NCBI GenBank assembly: GCA_963745035.1 | Contig: CAVUVW010000013.1 | Span: 672,001 to 736,000 of the forward strand | Source: an uncultured delta proteobacterium | Lineage (GTDB): Bacteria; Desulfobacterota; Binatia; UBA9968 | DNA: 64,000 bases | Direction of reading: 5' to 3' | Part shown: positions 45,001 through 54,501 of the stretch, in pieces | Layout of the letters: each line of letters opens with the position of its first letter | How positions within the stretch are numbered: the first letter of the stretch is position 1 | Made by a program: the position numbers and the translations under genes | Notes under the pieces: generated by a model | What the model was told of the DNA's origin: nothing | Database searches by the model: none | Seen by the model: the letters and a program-made list of their open reading frames with translations, nothing else

Positions 45001-45523
45001 CAAAAACCACTCCGATGACGCGCCCATCTTTTTCGATGATTGGATACCCTAGATTCAAGACGGCCTTGGCGACGATCGGTCCGGCCGGAAAGTTGTCGAT
45101 CGCCAGGCCCTTGTGTTTTATGGCGAGGCGAAAATGGCCGCGCTCCGCGATATCCACCTGCTGAGTCATCGGCAGCCCGCTGCAATACTGTCGCCCATGC
45201 ACATTCGCGGCGCCGAGATTGACGTAGAGCGGATATTCGGCCAGCAGATTCGCGAAAAGCGCGCTGCATGCCGGTTCATCTGGAGCACGCACCTCCCGCA
45301 GCAATGACAGCGCAACGAGAAGCTGGCGCGTGCCGTCGATCAGCCCCTTCTGACTTCCGGCGACGACGCGCGCCAGCCGCAGCGCTTCCCGTTTAGCGCG
45401 CTCGCTGTCTCGTACCCGTTGCTCGCCGGCGCTGTAGAGAATCAACGCGAGCGCCGGCAAGACAGCGAGCAGGACGAGGTGGATGAGCCGGGTGCGGAAA
45501 CTTGGTTGGGAAATTTTTTTCAT
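42086..45523 (-). CDS. Sensor histidine kinase (TM-Cache-TM-HAMP-3xGAF-HisKA-HATPase)
   Basis: Two TM helices, HAMP NEIGRVAASFDRM, three GAF repeats ending IAIHNA/IAVENA/VAAGNA, SHELRTPLN and NAIKFT. Confidence 0.9.
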   Translation of the reverse strand: MKKISQPSFRTRLIHLVLLAVLPALALILYSAGEQRVRDSERAKREALRLARVVAGSQKGLIDGTRQLLVALSLLREVRAPDEPACSALFANLLAEYPLYVNLGAANVHGRQYCSGLPMTQQVDIAERGHFRLAIKHKGLAIDNFPAGPIVAKAVLNLGYPIIEKDGRVIGVVFAAFDVANLKQIAGNAALPGYASLEIYDRDGTVLARYPDDEASIGEYRPQAGTGKAAAAQEGVAEVSGLDGKKRFYGFTAIGDTPANGQIFLRLGIPADVALADADWLLRRNLAALLLVTALALIAAWYGGDTFVLAPLRTLVSTSERLGAGDLAARTGLPHDRNEIGRVAASFDRMAATLETRRDEAVAAGQRLGRNLQRLEALHDIEMAITSTLDLRSMLDLLLEKVELVLPGAVTTVRLINKETGTLEPAACRNISESEWRTGNPRPMHGFAKIVLENKIPLTIANLRTDPRSDDHRFAHRWGLVSYLGIPLVAKNQLLGLIAFFTKEEHSFSDEEIEFLTTLAGQSAIAIHNAMLYDETRQSAGELSALHALTIAATRSLDLSETLRSAIEKVTEIFHFDATRIFLFDAEMTELRVAAVFEEQPELWTKLGSFQRGQGIVGRAAETGEVFVFEDVRNDPRYLELSHSKILESTSAGFFAAFPVATKLRTWGVAVFVGREARRLQAHETRLLMSMTHQIGIAVENATLYSQTAAKAKELSALYSIAGIAGESLDIDAVLGQTMVKVLAIFDFDAARIYLSDEENGDLRLVAHCGMPEGVQLVFRYGAGEGQLGKVVQTGKAAFVEDMASDPVYDKLAHNKYLFKAGFRSSFLIPLKVRGEGLGVMHFLGRKPYYFSDSEVQLINAIAYHLSVAAGNARLFAQLQKKTIELERASQGKDEFLGVISHELRTPLNVIKGYTEIMMQGILGHVSEEQKRALETISSQAMDLFHMISGVLQVTRIEAGAVQTSARPVDLVGLLDELRRNYNIPFGKDLAIAWEYATDLPSMATDDEKLKAVLQNLVNNAIKFTDRGVVTISVRHLAATNEIELKVADTGIGIPAEKIQTIFDMFQQVDSSATRKFGGVGLGLYIVRKYVDLLGGRVAVQSEFERGSTFIVHLPVSAGSAAARPADKSQSDDQMGLVASNVDGI

Positions 45524-46063
45524 TCGCTTCAGCCTGCGATCGACGGTTGCAAGTCGCGCGGCAAAATCCGGTTGCCGGGCAAAAAATCTAGCAACCTCCG
45601 TAAGAACTTTCCGCGCGACGGCGCAAACGGCGAATTCGACCCGGTCTGACGCATTCTCGGTAACCAATCGTGACCGCTCCGGAACGAATTTTTGATCCTC
45701 GGCGATCGCCGTTCAATCCAAGGCTTGTGCCATGGGCTGGACGAGCGACAATGATGGATTTCCCCGCCAATTCCCGCCTCAGCCCACACGGGCGTGTTAC
45801 TTAACCTCCAAAAATTGGCAAATTGGAGCACATGTTGACACGAATGATCGCGACAACTCGCCTGCGGCGGGTAGAAGCCAAGTTGCTGTGTACACGCGCG
45901 CGCCCTTCAGGCTGATTTCCAGCTCGGGGCGAGATCGTCAGAGCACGCAAGCGCGATCTGCGAGCGCCAAGCCGATTGCTTACGAAATTTTCCTGCGAGT
46001 GTTAAATTGAGCAATTCCACTGGGAAATCGCCGCTCGCACTGTGACGCGCCGCGGAGACGCAA

Positions 46064-47347
46064 TTGAAAAAGGCGATAGGACTCGACTTCGGCACGACCA
46101 ACAGCGCGCTGGCGTTGGCTGCGCCGGACGGCAGTGTGCGTCTGGCGCAATTCGGCGGCGGCGCGACCTTTCGCTCGGTCCTCTACTTCCATGAAAACGA
46201 CAGCACACGCAGCAGGTCGCGCGTAGTCGCCGGACCGGACGCGATTCAAAGTTATCTCAACGCCACGACTTCAGGCCGGCTGATCCAGTCGATGAAGTCC
46301 TACCTCGCCAGCCGTCTATTTAACCAGACACAGATTCTCGGTGAGACCTATGCGCTCGAAGAGCTTATCGGCATCCTGCTGCGCTACTTGCGCAAGTCCG
46401 CTGAGGAGCAATTTGGCGACCTCGGCTCTGCGCTGGCTGTCGGCCGACCGGTCCACTTCAGCGGCACCAAAAACGATGCCGATGACGCATTCGCTCTCAG
46501 CCGCTTGCGCAGTGCCTTTGCCAATGCTGGATTCGACGATGTGCACTTTGTGCCGGAGCCGGTTGCCGCAGCCTACAAGTATCAGCAGCGCCTCGACCAC
46601 GACGAGCTCGTGCTGATCGCCGATTTCGGCGGCGGTACGAGTGACTTCTCGCTCGTGCGGTTACAAGCGCATTCGTCGGCCTCACAAAACGCCGCGACCT
46701 CCGTCATCGGCACCGATGGAGTCGGCATAGCGGGCGACACTTTCGACAGCAAGCTGGTGCGCCATCTGGTGGCGCCGATGCTCGGCCTCGGCTCTCGTTA
46801 CACTACGCAGTTCGGCAAAATATTGACGGTGCCGAATTGGCTCTACGAGCATCTCGAGCGCTGGCATTATCTTTCGTTCCTCAAAACCCGAAAGAACCTG
46901 GAGATCTTGCGCAAGATTCGATTTCAAGCCGTTGAGCCGCAGAAAATCGACGCCCTCATCGGCCTCGTCGATCATGATCTTGGCTACCGACTCTACCAGT
47001 CAATCGAGCGGGCTAAATGCGCGTTGTCCGACGAAATGCAGACCGGCTTTTGCTTCGCCGAAGCGGCCACGACCATCGAAAAGACCGTCGCGCGCAGCGA
47101 GTTCGAGAGTTGGATCGATCCTGAAGTGAGAGAAATCGGCGACTGCGTCGATCGCCTGCTTGCCGGTTGCAACGTCACGCCCAAAGACATCGACGCTATT
47201 TTCATGACCGGCGGCTCCTCGTTCGTCCCGGCGATCAGAGGCCTCTTCGAAAACAAATTCGGCGCCGAGATTCCGATTCGCGCCGGCCAGGAATTCACTT
47301 CTGTCGCCGAAGGCCTAGCGATCGACGCGCTCGAATCGTTCGGCTGA
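46064..47347 (+). CDS. Hsp70-family protein (YegD-like)
   Basis: IGLDFGTTNS, GRPVHF, EPVAAA, ADFGGGTSD and TGGSS motifs; no substrate-binding domain. Confidence 0.9.
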   Translation: MKKAIGLDFGTTNSALALAAPDGSVRLAQFGGGATFRSVLYFHENDSTRSRSRVVAGPDAIQSYLNATTSGRLIQSMKSYLASRLFNQTQILGETYALEELIGILLRYLRKSAEEQFGDLGSALAVGRPVHFSGTKNDADDAFALSRLRSAFANAGFDDVHFVPEPVAAAYKYQQRLDHDELVLIADFGGGTSDFSLVRLQAHSSASQNAATSVIGTDGVGIAGDTFDSKLVRHLVAPMLGLGSRYTTQFGKILTVPNWLYEHLERWHYLSFLKTRKNLEILRKIRFQAVEPQKIDALIGLVDHDLGYRLYQSIERAKCALSDEMQTGFCFAEAATTIEKTVARSEFESWIDPEVREIGDCVDRLLAGCNVTPKDIDAIFMTGGSSFVPAIRGLFENKFGAEIPIRAGQEFTSVAEGLAIDALESFG

Positions 47348-47846
47348 CCCGCCAAGCACAACCGCAACACGATTAGTTATCTTGTGCTCGCCAGCGCTAA
47401 TGAAAAAGCCTGAGAAAGATTCCTCGCGTTCGCGCTTGAACGGACAGCGCGGGCAATGCCTGTCATCTCGAATGGAGGTGAGAGATCTTTCATTATCTGC
47501 AAAGGCCCGCGGCATTAGCTGAGCATAGCCGAGTTCTGTGAGCGGTCCGCTGCCGACAGTCCATTCACCAACGATCCAGTTTCGGGACGCACGCAACCAC
47601 TTTTCCCACAACCGAGACAGAGGGCGATCAGCTCTCGTGAATTCGCGTGCACCTTGGAGAAGATCCACCCTCAATTCCGGCACGTCAATTGCTGACGCAA
47701 CCTTTTGGAGAGTTGCACTTTCAGGAATCCTCAGATGCAAGTACCGTGACGGGAGTCCGCACAAATAATTGGAAACAAGTTCACGCAGCCTTCGATTCTC
47801 CGCAGCTCCCGCCTGACCGTCTGCCTACACTCTTCGATTTGCTTCA

Positions 47847-48842
47847 ATGACCATACATAACGCAACCCGTTTCTTTTACAGCTTTGCATGCGGGCTCATG
47901 TTGGCGGCCTGCGACGGACCGCAATCGGCGTTGGCGCCCGCCGGAGAGGCCGCCGAGCGCATCGCCGGACTTTTCTGGTGGATGACCGGGTTCGCCGCCG
48001 TGATATGGATCGCCGTTATCGTGTTGGCGCTGTATGCCGTCGGCTCGCCAGCGGAACGACACAACCGGCGACGCTCGAATGTCTTGATCGTCGGCGGCGG
48101 CGCAGTCGTGCCGACCATCGTCGTAGCCGTGCTGGCGATGTTCGGGTTGGCTCCGATACCTACTCTACTCGCTCCCGCGCCGGAGGGCAGTCTACGCATT
48201 ACCGTCTCGGGCGAACAATGGTGGTGGCGCGTGCAGTATCAACACGCAGAGGACGAGTCGGTAGTGCTGGCCAATGAAATCCGACTCCCCGTGGGTGAGC
48301 CGGTTGAGTTTCGTCTGGAAAGTCCCGATGTCATCCATTCATTTTGGATCCCATCCCTCGGCGGCAAAATCGACATGATCCCCGGGCGGGTCACGCGGCT
48401 TGCGTTGACGCCAACCAAAACCGGCGTGTTTCGCGGCGCGTGCGCCGAGTACTGCGGCACCGCCCATGCGTTGATGAATTTCACGGTCGTCGTCGAGGAG
48501 AAAGCGGCGTTCGATCGCTGGCTCGCCCATCAACGAACACCGGCATCGATTCCAAACGAACCCGTCGCGCTACGCGGCCACGAGCTTTTTCTCGCCAACG
48601 GCTGCGGAGCTTGCCACCAAATTCGCGGCACGCCCGCCAAGGGCGTGATCGGACCCGATTTAACCCACGTCGGCAGCCGGCTCAGCATCGGCGCTGGCAT
48701 GCTGCCGAACAATTCGGCAACACTCCTACGCTGGATCACTCGCACCGAAGAAGTGAAACCCGGCGTTCTCATGCCGTCGTTCAGCATGCTGCCCGATGAA
48801 GATTTAAAGGCGCTCGCAGTGTATATGGAAGCCCTCAAATGA
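47847..48842 (+). CDS. coxB: Cytochrome c oxidase subunit II with fused cytochrome c (caa3-type)
   Basis: Lipobox LAAC, QWWW, DVIHSFW, CAEYCGTAHALM (CuA) and CGACH heme motif. Confidence 0.93.
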   Translation: MTIHNATRFFYSFACGLMLAACDGPQSALAPAGEAAERIAGLFWWMTGFAAVIWIAVIVLALYAVGSPAERHNRRRSNVLIVGGGAVVPTIVVAVLAMFGLAPIPTLLAPAPEGSLRITVSGEQWWWRVQYQHAEDESVVLANEIRLPVGEPVEFRLESPDVIHSFWIPSLGGKIDMIPGRVTRLALTPTKTGVFRGACAEYCGTAHALMNFTVVVEEKAAFDRWLAHQRTPASIPNEPVALRGHELFLANGCGACHQIRGTPAKGVIGPDLTHVGSRLSIGAGMLPNNSATLLRWITRTEEVKPGVLMPSFSMLPDEDLKALAVYMEALK

Positions 48843-51370
48843 AAGCGGATCGAGAGCCGCTTCCCGAAGCTCCGCCGGCGGAAATCCGCCGGGCACAAGC
48901 GGAGCGCTTGCTGAAGGTGTGGGAGACGCCGAGCGGCTTGCGCTACTGGTCTTCGGTCAACAACTCCGACGTCGGCGTTTGGTATACCGCCGCGACTTTC
49001 TTTTTCATGTTTTTCGGTGGCGCGCTGGCGCTGCTGATGCGCATCCAGCTCGCCCGGCCGAACAACGATTTTCTTTCCGCCGAGCTTTATAACCAGGCTT
49101 TCACCGTACACGGCTCGGTGATGATGTTTCTATTCGCGATTCCGATCTTCGAAGCGATCGCGGTTTTGTTTCTGCCGCAGATGCTCGGCGCCCGCGATCT
49201 GCCTTTTCCGCGCCTGTCCGCGTTCGGTTTCTGGTGTTTTCTGCTCGGCGGCGTTTTCTTGTGCGGCTCGATATTCTTCAACGCCGCGCCGCGCGGCGGC
49301 TGGTTCATGTATCCGCCGCTCACTTCGACCTACCAGACCGACATCGGCGCGGACATCTGGTTGCTCGGCTTTTCTTTTATTGAAATCGCCGCCATCGCCG
49401 CCGCTGTGGAAATGGTCGTGGGCTCACTCAAGACCCGCCCGCCGGGGATGCGGATCAACCTCGTGCCGCTCTACGTCTGGTACGTGCTCGTGGCGGCGGC
49501 GATGATCGTGTTCGCTTTTCCGCCGCTCATCACCGGCAGCATGCTGTTGGAAATCGAGCGCGCTTTTCATTGGCCGTTTTTCAATCCCGCAGGCGGCGGC
49601 GATCCGCTCCTGTGGCAGCATCTGTTCTGGCTGTTCGGCCATCCGGAAGTGTACATCATCTTTCTGCCTTCGGTGGCACTGATCGCGATGATCGTGCCCA
49701 CGTTCGCGCGCCGGCCCATCGTCGGCTATAGCTGGATCGTGCTGGCCGCGGTGGGCGTCGGATTCCTTAGCTTCGGCCTCTGGGTGCATCACATGTTCAC
49801 CACCGGCTTGCCCGGCATCACCTTGGGCTTGTTCGCGACCGCATCGAAGGCGATCGCACTTCCCACCGGCATCCAGATTTTCTGCTTTATTGCGACCCTG
49901 GCGGCTGGACGAGTAGTGCGCTCGACCGCCATGCTTTATGCCTTCGGCAGCCTGGTGATCTTCGTCCTCGGCGGACTGACCGGCGTCATGGTCGCCGTGG
50001 CGCCATTCAATTTTCAATCGCACGATACGTTTTTTATCGTTGCACATCTGCATTACGTGCTCATCGGCGGCGCGCTCTTTCCCATTCTCGCCGGCTGCTA
50101 TTACTACTATCCGCTCGTCACCGGCAAAATGCTCAGCGACAAACTGGGAAAGATCGCCTTCTGGCTTGCGTTCGTCGGCTTCAACGTCGCGTTCCTGCCC
50201 ATGCACTGGACCGGCCTGCGAGGCATGCCGCGGCGCGTCTTCACGTATCCTGCCGGGATTGGCTTCGACACATTAAACCTTATCTCCACGATCGGCGCTT
50301 TCATCCTCGCAGCGGGACTTGTAGTGGTTCTCTGGGACATGGTCCGGCCCAAGCGAAAGCAGCCGCATGCGAAGCGCAATCCTTGGGACGCCGGCACCAT
50401 CGATTGGGTGCAAGAGATGCCCGGCCAACCTTGGGGTATTCGCTCCATCCCGGAGATCGACAGCCGCTACCCGCTGTGGGACCAGCCCAATTTCATGCGC
50501 GACATCGACGAGGGGCGTTTCTTCCTGCCGGATGCCGAGGAAGGAAGGCGCGAAACGATTATCACTTCGGTCATTGACGCCGAACCGCAACAATGCCAGC
50601 GGCTGCCCAGTTCGTCGTTTATAACCATGTGGGCCGCGCTCACCACTGGCGGCTTTTTTATTTTCGGCACATTTCATTGGTGGTGGCCCGCGCTCGCGAG
50701 CCTCGTGATCGCACTCGCCGTGATCATTTACTGGCTCTGGACGGGAACCGCCCTCATACCCGAGAAGGAAGACGAAGTTCGTCGGACTCGGCTTGACCTT
50801 GCCGCTCTACGTCTCGGGCCGCAGTCGGTCGGCTGGTGGGCGATGTTCATCACGATGCTGGCGATCCTGGCGGCGTTCGTTTCGCTCATCTTCGGTTATT
50901 TCTTTTTCTGGACCGTGCGCGCTGATTTTCCCCCGAAGCCGTTTCCCGGGCCGGGGCTTTTCTGGCCGCTTGTCGGCGCGGCACTGATACTCACCGCGTG
51001 GTCGCTAACGTTGCTCGCGCGGCGATGGAATCGTTCCGACAACTCCTATCTATTCTACTCCGGATCTCTTATTGCAGTTGCGGCGGGATTGGCCGGAGCG
51101 GCGGCGCTGATCGCGGCGCCCTGGGTTAGCGATCTCGACCCGAAGAGCCACGTCTATCCCGCAATGGTGTGGCTGATCATGATCTGGACCGCCGGTCAAA
51201 TTGGGGTGGGATCGATCATGCAGCTTTATTGCATCGCGCGCAGGTTGGCGGGTCGCATGACTGCGCGCTACGACATCGATATTCACAACGTCGCGCTCTA
51301 TTGGCACTTCACCGCATTCACCGCGGTGATCGCGGTGGCGGTCATCACCGGATTTCCGCTGGCGGCATAA
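48839..51370 (+). CDS. ctaD: Cytochrome c oxidase subunit I fused to a subunit III-like domain; likely compensating frameshifts at ~50770-50820
   Basis: FTVHG, GHPEVY, WVHHMF, HDTFF, AHLHYV, GMPRR and a C-terminal ALYWHF. Confidence 0.93.
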   Translation: MKADREPLPEAPPAEIRRAQAERLLKVWETPSGLRYWSSVNNSDVGVWYTAATFFFMFFGGALALLMRIQLARPNNDFLSAELYNQAFTVHGSVMMFLFAIPIFEAIAVLFLPQMLGARDLPFPRLSAFGFWCFLLGGVFLCGSIFFNAAPRGGWFMYPPLTSTYQTDIGADIWLLGFSFIEIAAIAAAVEMVVGSLKTRPPGMRINLVPLYVWYVLVAAAMIVFAFPPLITGSMLLEIERAFHWPFFNPAGGGDPLLWQHLFWLFGHPEVYIIFLPSVALIAMIVPTFARRPIVGYSWIVLAAVGVGFLSFGLWVHHMFTTGLPGITLGLFATASKAIALPTGIQIFCFIATLAAGRVVRSTAMLYAFGSLVIFVLGGLTGVMVAVAPFNFQSHDTFFIVAHLHYVLIGGALFPILAGCYYYYPLVTGKMLSDKLGKIAFWLAFVGFNVAFLPMHWTGLRGMPRRVFTYPAGIGFDTLNLISTIGAFILAAGLVVVLWDMVRPKRKQPHAKRNPWDAGTIDWVQEMPGQPWGIRSIPEIDSRYPLWDQPNFMRDIDEGRFFLPDAEEGRRETIITSVIDAEPQQCQRLPSSSFITMWAALTTGGFFIFGTFHWWWPALASLVIALAVIIYWLWTGTALIPEKEDEVRRTRLDLAALRLGPQSVGWWAMFITMLAILAAFVSLIFGYFFFWTVRADFPPKPFPGPGLFWPLVGAALILTAWSLTLLARRWNRSDNSYLFYSGSLIAVAAGLAGAAALIAAPWVSDLDPKSHVYPAMVWLIMIWTAGQIGVGSIMQLYCIARRLAGRMTARYDIDIHNVALYWHFTAFTAVIAVAVITGFPLAA

Positions 51371-51411
51371 AAACAATTTTAAGAAAACAGCGTCGCGCGA
51401 GCGAATACCTG

Positions 51412-51795
51412 ATGGCGACAACTTATCTGTCCGAGCAAAATGAAAGTCTACTGTTCATGGTCGCCGGCCCGATCACTTGGGCCGCGCACTTCTTGCTTTC
51501 CTACGGCACCGCCGCAATCTGGTGCGCCAAGGTCGTTGGACCCGGAGGTTCACTCGCCACCGTTCGCATGGCGATCTTTTTCTACTCGTTGGCGGCGCTT
51601 GTCATCGTCGGGGTCGTTGGCTGGATCGGCAAACGCCGGCACAGTTACGGAGTGGCCGAATTGCCGCACGACGACGACACGCCCGAAGATCGTCATCGCT
51701 TCCTGGGATTTGCCACGCTGCTCCTGTCAGCGTTGAGCGGCGTGGCGATCATTTATGAAGCGCTCGTCATTGTTTTTATCGACCGGTGTACCTGA
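51412..51795 (+). CDS. Small oxidase-associated membrane protein
   Basis: Three hydrophobic segments, WAAHFLLSY..C; inside the cox operon. Confidence 0.75.
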   Translation: MATTYLSEQNESLLFMVAGPITWAAHFLLSYGTAAIWCAKVVGPGGSLATVRMAIFFYSLAALVIVGVVGWIGKRRHSYGVAELPHDDDTPEDRHRFLGFATLLLSALSGVAIIYEALVIVFIDRCT

Positions 51796-52436
51796 TGCGC
51801 CGCGTAAGTTTTTTGCTGGGACTCATCACGCTTGCCGCCGCCTGGCTCGGGCCGCTGCCGGTGTTGGCGCGGGAATTTTTCTCCGCGCACATGACGATGC
51901 ACATGGCGGTGGTCGCGGTGGCCTCGCCGCTGCTGGCACTCGCGCTCGGCGGAGGGCCGTTCGATCCCGCGCGCAAAGCGCCGCATTGGTTTGCGCCGAT
52001 CCAGGCTTCCATGGCGGAGCTTGTCGTAGTCTGGGCTTGGCATGCGCCCGCGCTCCATCATGCGGCGCGCCATCACGGCGCAGCGCTCATCGCCGAGCAG
52101 GGAATGTTTTTCGCCGCCGGCCTTTTCCTTTGGCTGTCCGCTTTTGGCGGCGATGATGGCGCCGCTGGAAAGCGCAGCGCCGCGGGAATCGTCGGACTTC
52201 TGCTCACTGCCATGCACATGACTTTGCTCGGCGCGCTTCTCGCGCTTTCGCCGCGCCCGCTTTATGCACATTTTCAGGAACGTGCAACTGGATTCGCCGC
52301 CCTTACGCCGCTCGACGATCAACATCTCGGCGGCGCGATCATGCTCGTCGTCGGCGGCGCCTCCTACCTCGCCGGCGGTCTTTGGCTGACCCTCCGGCTT
52401 TTGCGCGGACCTTCATTCGTGCCGAGGCGTTCATGA
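51786..52436 (+). CDS. ctaG: Cytochrome c oxidase assembly factor, Caa3_CtaG family
   Basis: SAHMTMHM, WAWHAP and DDQHLGGAIM motifs. Confidence 0.85.
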   Translation: MYLMRRVSFLLGLITLAAAWLGPLPVLAREFFSAHMTMHMAVVAVASPLLALALGGGPFDPARKAPHWFAPIQASMAELVVVWAWHAPALHHAARHHGAALIAEQGMFFAAGLFLWLSAFGGDDGAAGKRSAAGIVGLLLTAMHMTLLGALLALSPRPLYAHFQERATGFAALTPLDDQHLGGAIMLVVGGASYLAGGLWLTLRLLRGPSFVPRRS

Positions 52437-53679
52437 GCCGCATGCTGAGAAATATTTTCTTAGTCGGGATTTTCGGCGCGGCCACGCTGCGCGCGCTGGT
52501 GCGCTCCCTTCGGCCGCACATCTGAAGGGGCAAGTAAGACGCATCCCCATCGCAACGGCGCGCACGGCAACGCCAAACGCGCCGCATGGACGATCGCGGC
52601 GTTTCTCGCCGTTGTCGTTGTCGGTGGCCTACTAACGGTCGTCGGCGGGCTCGTACCGATCAAAGCCAGCTCGGGCCATTGGACCATCACGGCGGCGCTG
52701 TTGAACTTTACCATGCGCCGGTCTGTGATCATGCACTCGCTGGGAATCGAAACGCCGCCGCTCAACGACCGCGCGCTTGTCTTGAAAGGAGCAGGCCATT
52801 ACGAAATCGGCTGTAGTCCCTGCCATGGCAGTCCGGCGCTGCGCCAACCGGTTATCGTCCTGGCGATGACCCCACATCCGCCGGAGCTTTCCAAAGAAAT
52901 CCCCAAGTGGCGCCCCCGGGAGCTTTTCTACATTGTAAAGCACGGCGTGAAATTCACCGGCATGCCGGCGTGGCCGGCGCAGGAACGCGATGACGAAGTC
53001 TGGGCGATGGTGGCGTTTCTCCGCACGTTGCCGAAGCTCAGCGCCGCTGAATATCAACGCTTGATCCGCGACGATGCCGGGACCACAGGCGCCAATGCCA
53101 CCACTGGAATTCTATCGCGCACAACCGATGTTGCTCGCCTGGTGAACGACAACTGCTCGATGTGTCACGGCAGCGAGGGCGACGGTCGCGATTCGAGCGC
53201 CTTTCCGAAAATTGCCGGGCAAAAGCCCAACTACTTCTATCTGAGTATGCAAGCTTATGCGCGCGGTCAACGGAACAGCGGCATCATGGAGCCGATTGCC
53301 GCAGGCGCTGCATCCCGAGATCATGCGCGACCTCGCCCGCTACTACGCCGAGCGCAAACAGTCAAATCCCTCCGCGCGGAAATCACATGACGCCGCGGCG
53401 ATCGCGCGCGGCAAGCAGATCGCGGGACACGGCATTCCGAGCCAACGCGTGCCTATCTGTGCTGAGTGTCACGGTCCGGGCCCCGATCCCCGAAACCCGA
53501 ATTATCCCGAGCTTGCCGGACAATACGCCGAGTATCTGGTATTGCAGCTCACGCTTTTCAAAAACCAGCAGCGCGGCGGCACCGCGAATGCGCACCTTAT
53601 GCGCCGGGTCGCGCACGGACTAACCGCCGAGCAGATGAGGGACGTGGCGAGTTATTACGAGTCCCTGCCGTCAAGCTAG
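52433..53679 (+). CDS. Membrane-anchored tri-heme c-type cytochrome (c4-like); start uncertain, frameshift near 53300
   Basis: CSPCHG, CSMCHG and CAECHG; GVKFTGMPAW, PKIAGQ and PELAGQ; the frame extends upstream through a TM helix and ASSGHW. Confidence 0.8.
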
Positions 53680-53715
53680 ACATCAGCGTTGGGCGAGAAA
53701 AACATCGAGACCGCT

Positions 53716-54501
53716 TCAATACAATTCGCCTTCGCCCTTTTTCTCCTCCCTAGGCCTCCAGCGCAAAAGGTAGTTTTCGGCGCGGTCGATCGCTTCGTTG
53801 CAGATAACGACGACGAGCGCGAGGATGAGAATTCCACCCAGCGCGCCGGTGGTCGAGAACAGCGACGTGTTGTGGTTGATAAGATAGCCCAGCCCCTTGC
53901 TTGCGGCGATGAATTCGCCGACCACGGCGGCGACAATGGCGTAAGGCAGGCTGATCTTCAAACCCGTGGTGATCCAAGGCACGATCGCCGGCAAGGTAAC
54001 CTTCATCAGAATCTGCCGTTCGGTGGCGCCCATGATGCGCAGGATATTTTTCAGCTCCGCGTCCACGCCCTTGACGCCGGCGTAGGTGTTGAAGAAGGTC
54101 AAGAAGAACACCACGCTGATGACGAGAATGACTTTGGAGGTCGGCCCGATGCCGAACCAGATGATGAACAGCGGCGCCAGCGCGATGCGCGGTATGCCGT
54201 TGAAAGCGACGACATAGGGATCGAGGATCTGCGCCAGCATTTCACGCCGGCCGAGAGCGAAGCCCAAGCCGATCCCGAAAAGCGCGCCGATGAAAAACCC
54301 GGCGAAGGTTTCGTAAAGCGTGATGCCGAGATGGCCGAAGATCGAGCCGTCCGCGAAGACTTCGTAAATATAGACAAACACCTTGGACGGGCTCGATACC
54401 CAGAAAGGATCGATCAATCTTCCTGAGCTGAACTCCCAGAACGCCAGGAGCAGCAGACCGAAGATCAGCCGGTAGACAAACAGTCGTCCGCGGCCGATCA
54501 T
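53716..54501 (-). CDS. ABC permease, NitT/TauT (SsuC-like)
   Basis: PRIALAP, WFGIG and VVGEFIAASKGLG motifs. Confidence 0.92.
   Translation of the reverse strand: MIGRGRLFVYRLIFGLLLLAFWEFSSGRLIDPFWVSSPSKVFVYIYEVFADGSIFGHLGITLYETFAGFFIGALFGIGLGFALGRREMLAQILDPYVVAFNGIPRIALAPLFIIWFGIGPTSKVILVISVVFFLTFFNTYAGVKGVDAELKNILRIMGATERQILMKVTLPAIVPWITTGLKISLPYAIVAAVVGEFIAASKGLGYLINHNTSLFSTTGALGGILILALVVVICNEAIDRAENYLLRWRPREEKKGEGELY

Noticed and set aside
45717-45732. sigma54-like site TGGCAC-AAGCC-TTGGA upstream of the multi-GAF kinase
   Set aside because: The -12 element is GG rather than GC; possible, but not supportable from sequence alone.
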